In this document: one piece after another, positions 26,956 through 36,123 of the stretch
Numbering within the stretch: position 1 is the stretch's first letter
How the letters are laid out: each line of letters opens with the position of its first letter
IMG/VR virus record: IMGVR_UViG_3300037045_000370
Location: 1 to 40,649 of that record
Length of the DNA stretch: 40,649 nt
Strand: one strand, 5' to 3'
Source: a virus
Taxonomy: Duplodnaviria > Caudoviricetes
Program-made: the position numbers and the translations under genes
The notes under the pieces: generated by a model
The model's database searches: none
What the model was told of the DNA's origin: nothing
The model's input: the letters and a program-made list of their open reading frames with translations, nothing else

Positions 26956-27628
26956 CTACAATCTGTACTGAAGCTCCATCCTCACCGGTGCTCCCCAGTT
27001 TAACCAACTGCGCTTTAAGAGTATCAATCTTAAGTTTCTGCTCCTCTGTAACCATATCCCAGTTAGCATGAAGCATCTCATCATATTTTTTGATCATATT
27101 GGTCAGCTGGGCCATAGCTGCCGATTGAGCTTTTAAGAAAGTAGCTTGTTTATCCCATGCCTGTTGTACCTCCCATTTTTCACCGATTATTTTACCTTTC
27201 TGATCGGCAACCTTCTCAATCGTTTTATCATTCTTATCTTTAACAAACATGATCTTCTGGCTTCTAATAATAGCCGCGAACTTTATTCGTATGTTCAAAT
27301 ATAAGATATCTATAGGATCCATTCCCTCTGTATCTTTTAATACGTCTACTGAAGCCCTGGGCAGATATTTGGAAAATAGACCATGTATATAATGGTTTTT
27401 GTTGAGTTCCGGAGCTCCACCGCCGCTATTACCACTACCATTTTGATTACCATAAGGAGCCCCTACTTTACACAGCTTATCCTTCCATTTATCCTGAGTG
27501 CGCCAGGTATTTATATTATTTATTTTTTCGCCTAACTGAACAGCAATTTCAGCTGAACTTATACTGCCGTTGCTTTCTTTGTAAATATTAAAAGCTGCAT
27601 CTCTGTTAGGACTTTTTTGTCTGCCCAC
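26936..27628 (-). CDS. terS: Terminase small subunit
   Basis: Probable GTG start at 27628 (MGRQKSPNRD); HTH ending W...DKW, GAP.GN.N, HGLFSKYLP, QQAWDKQA. Confidence 0.88.
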   Translation of the reverse strand: MGRQKSPNRDAAFNIYKESNGSISSAEIAVQLGEKINNINTWRTQDKWKDKLCKVGAPYGNQNGSGNSGGGAPELNKNHYIHGLFSKYLPRASVDVLKDTEGMDPIDILYLNIRIKFAAIIRSQKIMFVKDKNDKTIEKVADQKGKIIGEKWEVQQAWDKQATFLKAQSAAMAQLTNMIKKYDEMLHANWDMVTEEQKLKIDTLKAQLVKLGSTGEDGASVQIVDDVDDS

Positions 27629-27870
27629 TTTTTTGCCCCCCAAAAGAAAAAGTAAGATTTATTTTTTATCTTACTCACCCTTTTAAAATATTGAATTGAT
27701 ATTGATTCGCGGTTTTTATTGAGTTTAAACCGTTCGAAAATTCATCTTATTTTCTTTCGGTTTCTTAAATTTAAAAATAATTTATTGTTATTATCTGTAA
27801 GGTATTTTTTATAAAAATAGATTTAAACACTGGTATTATCGAACATAGAGCCTATTTTTTACCCTCTTTT

Positions 27871-27980
27871 TGAATGTGTGGTTTATATAGGGAATCAGAC
27901 ATTCAGAATATTTTATTTCTTCTTTATATACCTTTTTTTTATCTCTTGAATGTTAATATATTAAAATATAAGACATTCAA
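27871..27980. repeat. Two spaced palindromes, candidate recombination sites of the adjacent recombinase
   Basis: TGAATGT-N21-ACATTCA (27871-27905) and TTGAATGT-N19-ACATTCAA (27946-27980). Confidence 0.65.
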
Positions 27981-27997
27981 AGATAAATAAAAAAGAA

Positions 27998-28621
27998 TCA
28001 TACCCTGATTAGATTATTTAAAGAATCACTATATTTGTCATAAGTATCTCTGTCCAGTCCAATATATGCTTTAGTTTCCGCTTCACTTCTGTGTCCCAGC
28101 ATCTCCTTAACTAAACTAATGTTATACTCGCTTTCCACATATATCTTATATGCAAAAGTTTTCCTCAATGAATGGGCAGAAATATGTGTAAGACCAAACT
28201 GACGACCGGCATCTTTTAAGATACGGCTCACATGACTAACTGCGATGTGTTTATTATTTCCTTTCCTGGATTGGAATAAATATTCATAATCTTTCTTATT
28301 CTTAATATATTGCACCAGGAGCACATCTAAATTAGTTATTACTTTTACAATTCTAGGCTTAATATTTTCTTTTCTTATATTTTTACTGTTTACCTTTTTC
28401 CCCTCGAGGATCTCAAAATATCCGTTTTTTAAAGCAATCTTGATATCCCTGACCTTTAGACTCACCAGATCGCCGGCCCTGTATCCTGTAGATATACCTA
28501 AAATGAATAATATATAGTCTCGTTCATTTTTACATTTCAAGTAATCTTGTATGTCTAATACCGTTTCTCTGTCTTTTATGGGTCTTGCAGGTTTCTTTTT
28601 AGCCATAACTCCAGGCTCCAA
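27998..28621 (-). CDS. Small catalytic-domain-only tyrosine recombinase
   Basis: TGYRAGD, K, HSLRKTF, LGH....T..YIG; lacks an N-terminal binding domain. Confidence 0.9.
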   Translation of the reverse strand: MEPGVMAKKKPARPIKDRETVLDIQDYLKCKNERDYILFILGISTGYRAGDLVSLKVRDIKIALKNGYFEILEGKKVNSKNIRKENIKPRIVKVITNLDVLLVQYIKNKKDYEYLFQSRKGNNKHIAVSHVSRILKDAGRQFGLTHISAHSLRKTFAYKIYVESEYNISLVKEMLGHRSEAETKAYIGLDRDTYDKYSDSLNNLIRV

Positions 28622-28682
28622 TCTTTTTAATCATCACGATCACCTCCACGAGTGGGAATAATAAACAGTATAATAATAAATA

Positions 28683-28719
28683 GAAAAGAGCCCCTGCTTT
28701 TTTCCGCAAAGGCTCTTTT
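28683..28719. terminator. Terminator-like hairpin upstream of the small recombinase
   Basis: AAAAGAGCC...GGCTCTTTT. Confidence 0.55.
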
Positions 28720-28802
28720 AATAATATTTGCAGTTTAAATAATAACATGATCTTATTGATTATTTACTAGGTTTTTTTGTCCGTAATTAAAAAATAATAT
28801 TT

Positions 28803-29387
28803 TTATCCCATTATGTTTACTGCTTGATCTTTTTCATCATCCACCGGATAACCCCAAATATTGGCCAACCTAACGTATATTTTCTTTCGATAGTCGTAAA
28901 AAGGTTCCCATCCACTGGGTTGTTTTTTTAAAAACTGCATATGCCCGATCACTACATCTTTTCTAATTTTAATCGATGTCCTAGGGAAAGCCCACCAATA
29001 CAATTCAATAAATTTTATTATTTCATGATAATTGGAGGCCCCCTGAAAAGCATAGGCGATATCATCTAATATCGAATCAACATAATTTCGGTTGGCCTGC
29101 AGTATAGCCTCTGCCCGTTCAATCCTTCGAACATCGGCCTCGGCTGATGCGCTACTAATCATATGCTGTCCGCCGGCAGGCTCATAAGAACTGGTTAACC
29201 TAAAAAAATATTTAGAATCTGCAAATGCAGCATGAACTATAACTGATTTTTGGTGCTCAATTGCCTTTAAAGCATCTGGGTAAGCAAATAAATCTTTATC
29301 TACGTCTATTTCGTATCCCGGTCTTGGCTTTCTATCTCCGGACAACTGCACCCCTCCTAAATTTCCAAGCGCTTGGCTTTTTCTCAT
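28803..29387 (-). CDS. RinA/ArpU-like late transcription regulator (putative)
   Basis: Last early gene before packaging; C-terminal IELYWW...FYDYRKKI...LA..WG; start may be TTG 29345 after AGGAGG. Confidence 0.5.
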   Translation of the reverse strand: MRKSQALGNLGGVQLSGDRKPRPGYEIDVDKDLFAYPDALKAIEHQKSVIVHAAFADSKYFFRLTSSYEPAGGQHMISSASAEADVRRIERAEAILQANRNYVDSILDDIAYAFQGASNYHEIIKFIELYWWAFPRTSIKIRKDVVIGHMQFLKKQPSGWEPFYDYRKKIYVRLANIWGYPVDDEKDQAVNIMG

Positions 29388-29418
29388 CGTTGCTGCACTT
29401 AATATTTGTAATGCGACG

Positions 29419-29805
29419 TTAAGCAGTTAAAGCTATTAAAGCGTCAAACAAAGGTTTGTGCTCATCTATAATTTCTTTTAACCGGCTCTCGTCATAAGTA
29501 ATTACCCCGTGATAATCAACTTCAAAGGCTCTTTTGCTTAGCCTCTCAATAATCAAGTAATCTCCAGACCTTTTCCTTAATACAATCAATAGATCTTCCG
29601 ATGCATATTTTTCATTGTCCTTATGGTAGTAACATTGAACCCTGTTCCATGCTGTACTCTTACCATCAATCATGTATGAATTGGAGTTGTCCTTTCTTTT
29701 CCCGTCCCGCTTTCTTACTCCAATACTTTTCATATAATCTTCAAATATTTTGGCTAACTGCTTTGTTTCACACGATTTCCATACCTCTGTCAGCTTTTCT
29801 TTCAC
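29419..29805 (-). CDS. Hypothetical protein
   Basis: 128 aa with GGAGG RBS. Confidence 0.6.
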   Translation of the reverse strand: MKEKLTEVWKSCETKQLAKIFEDYMKSIGVRKRDGKRKDNSNSYMIDGKSTAWNRVQCYYHKDNEKYASEDLLIVLRKRSGDYLIIERLSKRAFEVDYHGVITYDESRLKEIIDEHKPLFDALIALTA

Positions 29806-29845
29806 AATTTATTCCTCCTTCCCCGCCAGGCGGGATCTCTTTCAA

Positions 29846-30262
29846 TTACGCAGTAAGCGGTTCATGAATATTACCGATTACTTTTATAGCCCGATTTACT
29901 ACAAAACATTTAATATAAAGCCGATGCCTTTGGCACTTTAGACCTATATCATAAACTGGCTGGGAAAATTCAACCTCATAACAACCATCTACGAAATCCA
30001 CAACTCCGCGAATAAGTTTATTTTCATAGTTAATTCCAAGAGTGCTTATCTCAACGATATCTCCAACATAAATCTCTTTGCCTTTTCTTCCCATTTGCTC
30101 ATGCTCTCCGGTGAATTGACTGACAGTTGCGGGATCAACTTGTTCCCATTCTCCTTTGTGAAAATGCCTGCTTATCCATGCGGTTCCGTTATTTTCAATA
30201 ACCAACCAGCCATATGTCCAATCGCCATCCGCTACCCGCTTACCTCGGAATTTAATATTCAA
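29846..30262 (-). CDS. YopX-family protein
   Basis: IKFRGK...W.YG, TV.QFTG, GKEIY.GDIV, VIGNIHE. Confidence 0.88.
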   Translation of the reverse strand: MNIKFRGKRVADGDWTYGWLVIENNGTAWISRHFHKGEWEQVDPATVSQFTGEHEQMGRKGKEIYVGDIVEISTLGINYENKLIRGVVDFVDGCYEVEFSQPVYDIGLKCQRHRLYIKCFVVNRAIKVIGNIHEPLTA

Positions 30263-30264
30263 AA

Positions 30265-30783
30265 CTACTCCTCCTTCACCGGCCGCAGCTCGTTTGCTAA
30301 GAAATATCCTTCTCCCATACAGTCGTCACATGGGCCCTCAAAATCTCCGTCATTCACGATGTACCCAATCCCATGGCATACATCACATCTAATCCACGAG
30401 ATCATTTCAAACCCCTTGAATTTCTTTCCTTCCAGTGCCTTAATGATGTTATCCGCGGTTAGCTCTATATCTGTCTTGCCAGCTATATACCTAAAGGCAT
30501 CACAATTTTCTGTCCTGCATTTTTTCTTATCCCAATCCTCATTTGATTCCTTACAAAGCCAATCGCAGAGGAAATGTTGCGTTGTCCAATATCTATCGCT
30601 GCAAGGCAACATCCACGGATTGACAAAAAATATTTGCTTGCATGGTTTTGGAGGCTTATTAAAAGGGAATCCCTTAAGATTCTGGATATACATATCTTTG
30701 CCGCATATAGGCCAACTATAATAATCAAAGTCACCTCCATTACTATCGCTGCTAAGGTACCCGCAATATTTACACAAATTCAT
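30265..30783 (-). CDS. Cys-rich putative Zn-binding protein
   Basis: CKYC, further Cys, and two CxxCxGxG motifs (CDVCHGIG, CDDCMGEG). Confidence 0.6.
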   Translation of the reverse strand: MNLCKYCGYLSSDSNGGDFDYYSWPICGKDMYIQNLKGFPFNKPPKPCKQIFFVNPWMLPCSDRYWTTQHFLCDWLCKESNEDWDKKKCRTENCDAFRYIAGKTDIELTADNIIKALEGKKFKGFEMISWIRCDVCHGIGYIVNDGDFEGPCDDCMGEGYFLANELRPVKEE

Positions 30784-30832
30784 AGCCTCCCTTCGTGCTG
30801 CGCAGTTTTAACAGACTGCGCACTAAACCTAA

Positions 30833-31036
30833 TCACTTATTAAGCCTATACCCCGCAATAAAAGCGATATCTTTTTCTATCGATTTAGCTTTATAAGCGT
30901 TCATTCGAGCAAAACAGCTCCCCCGGTGCTTATAGATATATGCAGGCTCTGTTATAACCTCGCATTTATTACGCTGATCCCTGTAGCAGCCGCTACACAT
31001 CTCCGGTACCGGTCTGTTAATTCCACTTTTTGTCAT
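30833..31036 (-). CDS. Small Cys-containing hypothetical protein
   Basis: 67 aa, CSGC...C...C; GGAGG RBS. Confidence 0.5.
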   Translation of the reverse strand: MTKSGINRPVPEMCSGCYRDQRNKCEVITEPAYIYKHRGSCFARMNAYKAKSIEKDIAFIAGYRLNK

Positions 31037-31258
31037 CTAAACTGCCTCCAGAATTACGACTTTTTTTGTTTCTGCCTGAATCATAGTCTTTAATATTTCC
31101 CACTGTTCCCAGCTAAGAGATATTGTTAATGACTTCTCACTCCATTCCCCTCGATCCTCAGCAAAGATAAGCAATGGCCCTTCATTCAGGTCTATTTTTA
31201 AGAAATCGCACTTCTTTTCAGTTAAATTTACTGAAACATGTTTTTTATCACCAATCAC
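31037..31258 (-). CDS. Hypothetical protein
   Basis: 73 aa, overlaps the helicase stop codon (GTGA). Confidence 0.5.
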   Translation of the reverse strand: MIGDKKHVSVNLTEKKCDFLKIDLNEGPLLIFAEDRGEWSEKSLTISLSWEQWEILKTMIQAETKKVVILEAV

Positions 31259-32631
31259 CTTCTCTGACCTCCTTTTCGACTAATATCATCCCAGTGATCT
31301 GACTCAATTAATCTAGCAGACTCGATTCTCTGTACTTGTTTGTCATAATGCAGTGCAATATTTTTGTCGTTCTCACCATCCCGGTTTTTATCAAGATATA
31401 AGCGAAAATTAGCGTTGGCATATTTTGAATAGTCCTCTTTTTCATTATTCGGGATAGGATATAATTTCAAGAGCATATCACATTCGTTTTTAATCCTCTT
31501 AGCCCCTTGTAATGATCCGTTTTCATTAAGCTGGGCCAAAACCATAATAGGTATCTGCAGTTCCTGAGCTAATATTTTATTAGTCTTAGCTATTTGCTCC
31601 AATACCTGCCATTCATTGAGATTCTTATCTATCTTGTCCATCCGGCCAATATAATCAATGACCATCACCTGGATATGCTTCTGCACTTTAGCCTGGCGAC
31701 CAAGCATAATACACTGGGAAGGGGTAAGGCCTGGACAAAACCGGTGAATAAAATTAGACTTAGCAATCTTCTGTATTGCAGCATTTACCTTAGGCCTGTC
31801 ATTTCCAGAAGGACCGTCATAATTACCCCGCTTTATATCGTACAGTGGAACATTAGATACATTGCTCCATAATCGTTGATAGATTTGTTCCCTCGACATT
31901 TCAGTGTTGATGTATAGGGTTGAAATATTCTGGTCAATGCCAATTGTCTTGGCAGTCTGTAAACCTAATGCCGTTTTACCTACACCAGTTTCTGCAGCCA
32001 GGATAATAAGATCACCTTGTTTTAGCCCTAAGGTAAGCTCATCAAGTTTATTAAAACCCGTTGATAATCCCTCCAGAATAACTTCTCCCAGGGACATCTT
32101 CTCCCGGAATTTGCGCTCTTTTTCAGCCATAATTTTTGTTAGAAATTTAGCTATTTGGTCACCGGTTTCGAAGGTCTCTTTGGAGCGAAATATATTTATT
32201 TTAGCCAAATCACCTATACAATCAGCCAGCGTATTATCTATGTCCCGCTTGCCCAAATCCTCCAGATAAGCCTGATATTTTTTTAGGACCGATGAACATT
32301 CACGGGCCTTGGCATTTGATATTATTTCGTCTATCCAGTATTGAATTTCCTGATCATCGATATATTCACCAACAACATCGTTAATCTCTTTAAATTTATT
32401 AGGGTTGTCCTTACTAATAAATCCATAATTCATAGCCTCTTTCAGAAATACTGCATAACTAGGATAAATGCCGCCACTGTAAATACTTAAAATTAAACTA
32501 AACATATCCCGGGTAAGATCATGGGCAAAGTAATCCATGTCCAGCTGCGTAATTGCTTCTAAACACGCTGATTCCGAATGCACCATTGCAGATAATACCC
32601 TGCATTCACTGCGATAATCCGTAAAAGCCAT
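31255..32631 (-). CDS. Replicative DnaB-like helicase
   Basis: TGF..LD....GL..GDLIILAA.TGVGKT (Walker A), TEM, VIDY (Walker B), LAQLN, KNRDG. Confidence 0.93.
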   Translation of the reverse strand: MAFTDYRSECRVLSAMVHSESACLEAITQLDMDYFAHDLTRDMFSLILSIYSGGIYPSYAVFLKEAMNYGFISKDNPNKFKEINDVVGEYIDDQEIQYWIDEIISNAKARECSSVLKKYQAYLEDLGKRDIDNTLADCIGDLAKINIFRSKETFETGDQIAKFLTKIMAEKERKFREKMSLGEVILEGLSTGFNKLDELTLGLKQGDLIILAAETGVGKTALGLQTAKTIGIDQNISTLYINTEMSREQIYQRLWSNVSNVPLYDIKRGNYDGPSGNDRPKVNAAIQKIAKSNFIHRFCPGLTPSQCIMLGRQAKVQKHIQVMVIDYIGRMDKIDKNLNEWQVLEQIAKTNKILAQELQIPIMVLAQLNENGSLQGAKRIKNECDMLLKLYPIPNNEKEDYSKYANANFRLYLDKNRDGENDKNIALHYDKQVQRIESARLIESDHWDDISRKGGQRR

Positions 32632-32640
32632 AGTAACCCC

Positions 32641-33600
32641 CTACATAACCGGCGCATTTCGGCCGGAATAATCATTTTTTGTATCAGGTGGCTTATTTGT
32701 TGGGCTAGCCCGTGATTTAATGTGATCCTGATAATTAACCCATTTATCGCCCTCATCAAGGAAATCAGGAATACAATTGCGCTGCGTTAAAAACTTAACT
32801 AGGGACCACTTATGTTTAAAATAATAGCTTTTGTCGTGGTATATTTCGGAGTACCTCTTAATACTCAACATAATATTTTCGAGACTATTTTTAGTTAATG
32901 ATTTTTCTGTGTTTTTAATAATATCTTCGGTTAGGTATTTGTGGACAGTAATTTTTTGAGCATTCCAATGGTTGAAGATGACAATATAATTATTTAAAGG
33001 ATTATTTAATAGATTATTTAAAGTATTATTTAGGAGTGGTTCTAAGACCAATATTTCGGGGGATTCAACCGCATAACTGTTATCTATCCTCATAACTTGC
33101 TGTTCGCTATCCTCATAACACTTGTTATCTATCCTCATAACTCCTTGTTTACTATCCTCATAACTATTATCTGTTTGCATAACTGTTATTTGTTCACATA
33201 ACTCGGTATCATCTGGCCGTGCAACGGATGCTCCTCTAAATATTTTAGGATCCCACTGATCAGCATTTACATTAAAAGAATAGGTATAAGGATTAGTATT
33301 TTTATCTCGTAATATTACTCCCCAATTTATTAATTCATTTACCCTGCAACTAATATTCGTTTTACCAATGTATGTTTCATTAATAAAAGTTTGATATGGT
33401 ATTCGGGCAGAAGTCTTTCTTTTCTTAAGTTTTGGTTCATACTGGCTGGATTCATCATACCATCCGTAGGTTTCCAACCAGATAACATCAATAATGGCCC
33501 TGTGCGCTCCAGATAACTTGGTTTTAGCCAAGGTCCTAAGAGCATCTTTAGCCAGAGGGAAACTTCCATTGTCCATATCTATTTTTGAAATAGCAGCCAT
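32641..33600 (-). CDS. Replication initiator, lambda O-like
   Basis: N-terminal winged helix (TYGW), central iteron-coded repeats, C-terminal IFNHWN domain; upstream of the helicase. Confidence 0.8.
   Translation of the reverse strand: MAAISKIDMDNGSFPLAKDALRTLAKTKLSGAHRAIIDVIWLETYGWYDESSQYEPKLKKRKTSARIPYQTFINETYIGKTNISCRVNELINWGVILRDKNTNPYTYSFNVNADQWDPKIFRGASVARPDDTELCEQITVMQTDNSYEDSKQGVMRIDNKCYEDSEQQVMRIDNSYAVESPEILVLEPLLNNTLNNLLNNPLNNYIVIFNHWNAQKITVHKYLTEDIIKNTEKSLTKNSLENIMLSIKRYSEIYHDKSYYFKHKWSLVKFLTQRNCIPDFLDEGDKWVNYQDHIKSRASPTNKPPDTKNDYSGRNAPVM
32989..33202. repeat. Phage replication origin: iterons plus AT-rich repeats
   Basis: CTATCCTCATAAC at 33084, 33107, 33129, 33152 plus degenerate CATAAC copies; four 12-bp ATTATTTA-N4 units at 32989-33036. 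Confidence 0.85.
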
Positions 33601-33630
33601 ATTTATTGTCCATCTCCCTCGGAATAAAAA

Positions 33631-33846
33631 TTAATATTTAATGGCCTGGTTGATCATGTTAAAAGCCAAAATAATTATTGCCAGCCGGGTAAGAACAAAT
33701 GTAATCGGGTCCTCTTTTGTCTGCCTTTTTAAAACAGATATAAAACTCCTAGACATATGCCCATTGCGTGTCTTGTCTGCTTTTTTAACTGGCTGTACCC
33801 GTGAGTATTGAGTTTCAAAATAATGCTGATTTATTACTTTATTCAT
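33631..33846 (-). CDS. Small protein with C-terminal hydrophobic helix
   Basis: 71-aa ORF in the early operon. Confidence 0.45.
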   Translation of the reverse strand: MNKVINQHYFETQYSRVQPVKKADKTRNGHMSRSFISVLKRQTKEDPITFVLTRLAIIILAFNMINQAIKY

Positions 33847-33857
33847 TTAAATAACCC

Positions 33858-34397
33858 CTATCCATTGGACTGATCCGCCTCATTACTTTTAGCGAACATC
33901 AACCTAGCTTCTAAATATTCAGATTCAGTAATTTGCTTTAAAAATTCAGCTTTTGGAAGTTCATTTTTTCCTTCCAAATAATAATCATCGTCTATCCTCA
34001 TAATAGTTTTAAGTTTTGAACTTATGGCATAAGGGGAGTGTACCAACATCTCATCGAACAGAATACTGCCCATATCTCGAACTGTAGTTAATCCTGTCTC
34101 CATACAAATATTTATCCATTTTTTATTAAGAGGCGAATTAGCTTTAGCAACAAAACTGTCATGTTCACGGTATTTTTTAAACTCATTTCGCAGGTTTACA
34201 GGCGGCTCTTCTGGATAATATAATTGCGTGGCAGACATTACCAAAAGGTCCGTAATCGGCAAATCTACACCAGGATATAATTGTGGCCTACTATCGTTCC
34301 ATTTATTTTTCATTGATTCGGCCTCGTTTAGTTTTGAATATAAATCGCTTTCACATTTCACCTTAAAATAAAACATAATTATTACCTCCATACACAT
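33858..34397 (-). CDS. Hypothetical protein
   Basis: 179-aa ORF; probable start at MFYFK after GGAGG. Confidence 0.6.
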   Translation of the reverse strand: MCMEVIIMFYFKVKCESDLYSKLNEAESMKNKWNDSRPQLYPGVDLPITDLLVMSATQLYYPEEPPVNLRNEFKKYREHDSFVAKANSPLNKKWINICMETGLTTVRDMGSILFDEMLVHSPYAISSKLKTIMRIDDDYYLEGKNELPKAEFLKQITESEYLEARLMFAKSNEADQSNG

Positions 34398-34404
34398 TTA
34401 TGAG

Positions 34405-34776
34405 TTACCGCCTCCGCATAACAAATATAAAGTCAAGAAAGTCACTATAAACCTGATTAGCAAGCAAGTTATAATAACCAATTAGCTTAGGTTCATCGTC
34501 AAATATCGTAGAAACTAATTTAAGAAACGTTCCTATTTTCCCGACGCTGTTTAGTTCCACAGCCATGTAACACATAATGTCCTTTCGGTACTTGTTAGGG
34601 CATTCCATCGCCACGACAAAACTGTTGGATTGAGTTATATATACAGACAACTTGACATCAAAATTGATTTCCTGAGAATCATACCAAGCCGATCCATGGC
34701 TTATCATCTCCCCGATGAAGCTAAGCGGTAGTTTCTCAGTACGCCTCAGACACACTATCTGTTTTGCGTTATTCAT
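34405..34776 (-). CDS. Hypothetical protein
   Basis: 123 aa with AGGAGG RBS. Confidence 0.55.
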   Translation of the reverse strand: MNNAKQIVCLRRTEKLPLSFIGEMISHGSAWYDSQEINFDVKLSVYITQSNSFVVAMECPNKYRKDIMCYMAVELNSVGKIGTFLKLVSTIFDDEPKLIGYYNLLANQVYSDFLDFIFVMRRR

Positions 34777-34791
34777 AGGGTCTGCCCTCCT

Positions 34792-35127
34792 TTAATTGAT
34801 CAGTGACTGCAGAATCATCTTAACCCCATCAGAAAAACCGTTACGATAGAACAGCATACTATTAATAGACTTCATATCATTGCATGCATCAATTAGACGG
34901 TTAAACTCAATGTGCAATTCCGTTGGTAGGTTTCCTTTAATTTTTTCCTCCAGATATTTAAATTGATCATTAGCGTCTCTATAATCGGAAGATTCCATGT
35001 CAAAATTGGAGTTATTGTATAACTTAAACATTCTTTCTTCGAATAATTGGGTCATATCAGCACCAAATGTACCTGCCATAAATACACCGATTCCTTTATC
35101 GGTTAATAATTTTCTCCCCATTTGCAT
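34792..35127 (-). CDS. Hypothetical helical protein
   Basis: 111 aa; FY..GF.DG motif common in Firmicute mobile elements. Confidence 0.6.
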   Translation of the reverse strand: MQMGRKLLTDKGIGVFMAGTFGADMTQLFEERMFKLYNNSNFDMESSDYRDANDQFKYLEEKIKGNLPTELHIEFNRLIDACNDMKSINSMLFYRNGFSDGVKMILQSLIN

Positions 35128-35149
35128 TCCCCTCTCAATCGTGATAAAG

Positions 35150-35428
35150 TTAATTAAGTGATTTTTTATGCCCGCTTTTTATAAGCGGTCTTTTTTTGTC
35201 CTCTTTTCGAATCCATTTTCTATACTCTAGGGTTCCCAAACATGTAAAAACCGTTATAATTCCAATCTCTTCCCTAACAAGAATACATAGGCCATGGTGC
35301 TCAATCTCATGAGCCGGGTAATGCTTACTCTTTACTACCTTCCCTGGCTGCCTCCTCCAGCCTCTCCTTAATCTGCTCATCCGACGAAATAAAATCGAAA
35401 CACCTGGCCCGGTACCTACGTATGGCAT
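35150..35428 (-). CDS. Basic hypothetical protein
   Basis: 92 aa, AAGGGG RBS. Confidence 0.45.
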   Translation of the reverse strand: MPYVGTGPGVSILFRRMSRLRRGWRRQPGKVVKSKHYPAHEIEHHGLCILVREEIGIITVFTCLGTLEYRKWIRKEDKKRPLIKSGHKKSLN

Positions 35429-35451
35429 GTCCCCTTATAATTACCTGCATG

Positions 35452-36108
35452 CTAATCACCTTTTTCCGCTATGCTGTTGAAAATGTTTAAGATATCCATG
35501 TCATCCTTAATAAATTTTCTATATGTCTGCTCTATCCATTTAATAGCTTGCTTTTTCCCCATCTTGCGAACCTCGTTTTTAATTGCGGATGCTGTTTTTC
35601 CGTATCTATTCATTGCTAAAAGCTTGTAATATTCCTCCATAACTCGGATTGCGTTTAGAGCATGGTCCTCAACCATTGTTAAATATGCCATTTTAAGAGT
35701 TCCACGGACTGAGAGCAGCGGACCAGTCTCTTCGCTTCCATCTTTAAAATCTTGGCCTTTTTCCATAAGCGGTTTACTGACATTACCTTTTTTCAGCCTT
35801 CGCATCGTAACATCTGGCGCGTCCATTTGTGCCTGAAAGGACATAAGTCGAACGTCCTTTTCGTAATCAACTGAGACCCCTATTTTCTTAAATTCCTCTA
35901 AAAGAGTTAGCACTCCGGCAGCTGCTATCGATATATCGGTTGCTTGTGGATAAACAAAATATGAACCGGCCCTATATACAACAATCGCGTAAGCCGAAAA
36001 TGGATTATCTTCTTCAACCGGGAAAGCAAATATTGTTCCACCAAGGCTTTCCCGGAAACCTTTTGCTTTTAATTTGAGTTGTTCTTCCACATTAATCAAT
36101 TCGCACAT
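35452..36108 (-). CDS. Hypothetical protein
   Basis: 218 aa with GGAGG RBS, collinear early gene. Confidence 0.65.
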   Translation of the reverse strand: MCELINVEEQLKLKAKGFRESLGGTIFAFPVEEDNPFSAYAIVVYRAGSYFVYPQATDISIAAAGVLTLLEEFKKIGVSVDYEKDVRLMSFQAQMDAPDVTMRRLKKGNVSKPLMEKGQDFKDGSEETGPLLSVRGTLKMAYLTMVEDHALNAIRVMEEYYKLLAMNRYGKTASAIKNEVRKMGKKQAIKWIEQTYRKFIKDDMDILNIFNSIAEKGD

Positions 36109-36123
36109 AATCCAGTGCCCTCC

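Noticed and set aside
33071-33202. CRISPR array
   Set aside because: 13-bp repeats with ~10-bp spacers inside a rep gene and no cas genes; these are iterons
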